From the NCBI GenBank assembly GCA_963708075.1, contig OY970194.1:6496001-6560000 (forward strand): 64,000 bases of DNA, in the 5' to 3' direction. A program made the position numbers and the translations under genes. This stretch comes from Sedimentisphaerales bacterium. GTDB lineage: Bacteria > Planctomycetota > Phycisphaerae > Sedimentisphaerales > Anaerobacaceae. The notes under the pieces were generated by a model. The model saw nothing but the letters and a program-made list of their open reading frames with translations, had not been told where the DNA came from and searched no databases. Of this stretch, positions 62,922 to 64,000 are shown piece by piece; the stretch's first letter is position 1; the number at the start of each line of letters is the position of its first letter.

Positions 62922-63950
62922 ATGGGTAAGGGGAAAAGACGCCGTAAGAAGAACAAGCCCAAGAATCCACAACCTACGCCCCCGAAGTTGGAAGCTGGCG
63001 GAAAAGGCGGCAGACCACCGGCTCCGCCGCAGAATGACAAATCATTGCCCGAAGGACAAGAGCACGAAAACCATACCACCGGCAACAAGCATACAGCACG
63101 CGACGAAGATCAACGCCGAGAACAAAATGCAACGTCTGCAAAAAGGACCACGACCCAAGCAATAAATCAGGATGCATGCGCCAGCATAGCCCCCAAAAAC
63201 ACACAGAACCCCAGTGAGCCCCCATCCATAGCCAAGCCCACGACGAGAGAGCAAAAGGCGTGGCGCGACTGTTGCGCGCTCAAAATCAATGCCTTGGCGG
63301 CGGTTGCCAATACACTCTCTTTTATTGCCGCCGTGGTTGCCTTGGTCTTTGTGTACGGGCAGTTGTCCGCGATGCGTGACCAATTGGGGCAGATGAAAGA
63401 CGACTCCAAATCGAGTTCCGAGGACATGAAGAACCAACTTAGCATCATGTCCAAACAGGGCGAAGTCATGGAGAAACAACTGGCACACATGCAAGAAACG
63501 GCCCACTTGGAACAACGACCGTGGGTGGGCCTCGAAAGGGCAAGCCACAAGCCAATTGTCGCAGGCAAGCCGGCCGAAGTCGAACTTAGGTTCACTAATA
63601 CCGGAAGGACTCCGGCCATCATTGACTTCGCCGGGAACACAATCTGTGTTGGTCCATCCACATGTGACATGGAAGCTTATGCAGTTACTCAGATAAAAGC
63701 TTGGATGTCCGATACAAGAAGCCAGGGGCCTCTCGCGCCCAATGCCAGTTTTAAGATAGATGCAGCCACTAATGGGAATGTCGATTCTAGGCTTGCGGCT
63801 ATAAATTCCAAGGCAGCGTGCGTCTACATGATAGGGAAAATTGCCTATCACGACATCTTTGGGGAAAAACACCAGACCCGATTCTGTTACGTCGCCGACC
63901 CCTGCACAACAGACATGACTGAGTACCACCAGTACAACTACATGGACTAA
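62922..63950 (+). CDS. Low-GC hypothetical membrane protein (disordered N-terminus, TM helix, coiled coil, beta domain)
   Basis: MGKGKRRRKK...; EQRPWV, FTNTGRTPA, GKIAYHDIFG.KHQTRFCY. Start inferred. Confidence 0.75.
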   Translation: MGKGKRRRKKNKPKNPQPTPPKLEAGGKGGRPPAPPQNDKSLPEGQEHENHTTGNKHTARDEDQRREQNATSAKRTTTQAINQDACASIAPKNTQNPSEPPSIAKPTTREQKAWRDCCALKINALAAVANTLSFIAAVVALVFVYGQLSAMRDQLGQMKDDSKSSSEDMKNQLSIMSKQGEVMEKQLAHMQETAHLEQRPWVGLERASHKPIVAGKPAEVELRFTNTGRTPAIIDFAGNTICVGPSTCDMEAYAVTQIKAWMSDTRSQGPLAPNASFKIDAATNGNVDSRLAAINSKAACVYMIGKIAYHDIFGEKHQTRFCYVADPCTTDMTEYHQYNYMD

Positions 63951-64000
63951 CCGCCTCCCGGTGCAATGAGACCTCATGTCGGTACTCCCAATTGAAAGTA

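Noticed and set aside
1..64000. tRNA, rRNA, prophage, integron integrase, reverse transcriptase (retron/DGR/group II intron)
   Set aside because: No recognisable signatures found by eye; a tRNAscan/Rfam/HMM run would be needed to exclude them formally.

Overview
GC-rich bacterial chromosomal window. Gene content (PEP-CTERM-like protein, BlaI/M56 pairs, prepilin/H-X9-DG protein, CotH/lamin-tail proteins, degenerate PilB) points to a planctomycete, probably Phycisphaerae/Sedimentisphaerales (inference). It holds about 40 CDS: two BlaI-M56 regulator pairs, an EF-G paralog, a PilT/PilB-like/CvpA cluster, a TolC-adaptor-ABC export operon with duplicated permeases, two CotH kinases, an NhaC antiporter, a complete IS110 (IS1111-type) element, IS1182 and IS630 fragments, and low-GC cargo genes. 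The most unusual signals are non-coding. (1) A near-consensus sigma70 promoter drives a ~250-nt structured RNA, followed by 10 copies of a 19-bp repeat (GTGCGAAACAAAGCCAATT) with unique spacers and no cas genes (18291-19445). (2) Three different MITE-like cassettes are stacked in tandem, separated by four copies of one 8-bp site CAAGTGCG (31859-32718), next to a second promoter-driven ncRNA candidate. (3) Five of the six frameshifts I can see are the same +1 insertion, GAGACC to GAGAACC, probably a read-out of a DNA modification at GGTCTC. (4) The long 3' non-coding region of the IS110 contains guide-like matches to its own target junction. All product calls come from motif recognition by eye; no database searches were run.
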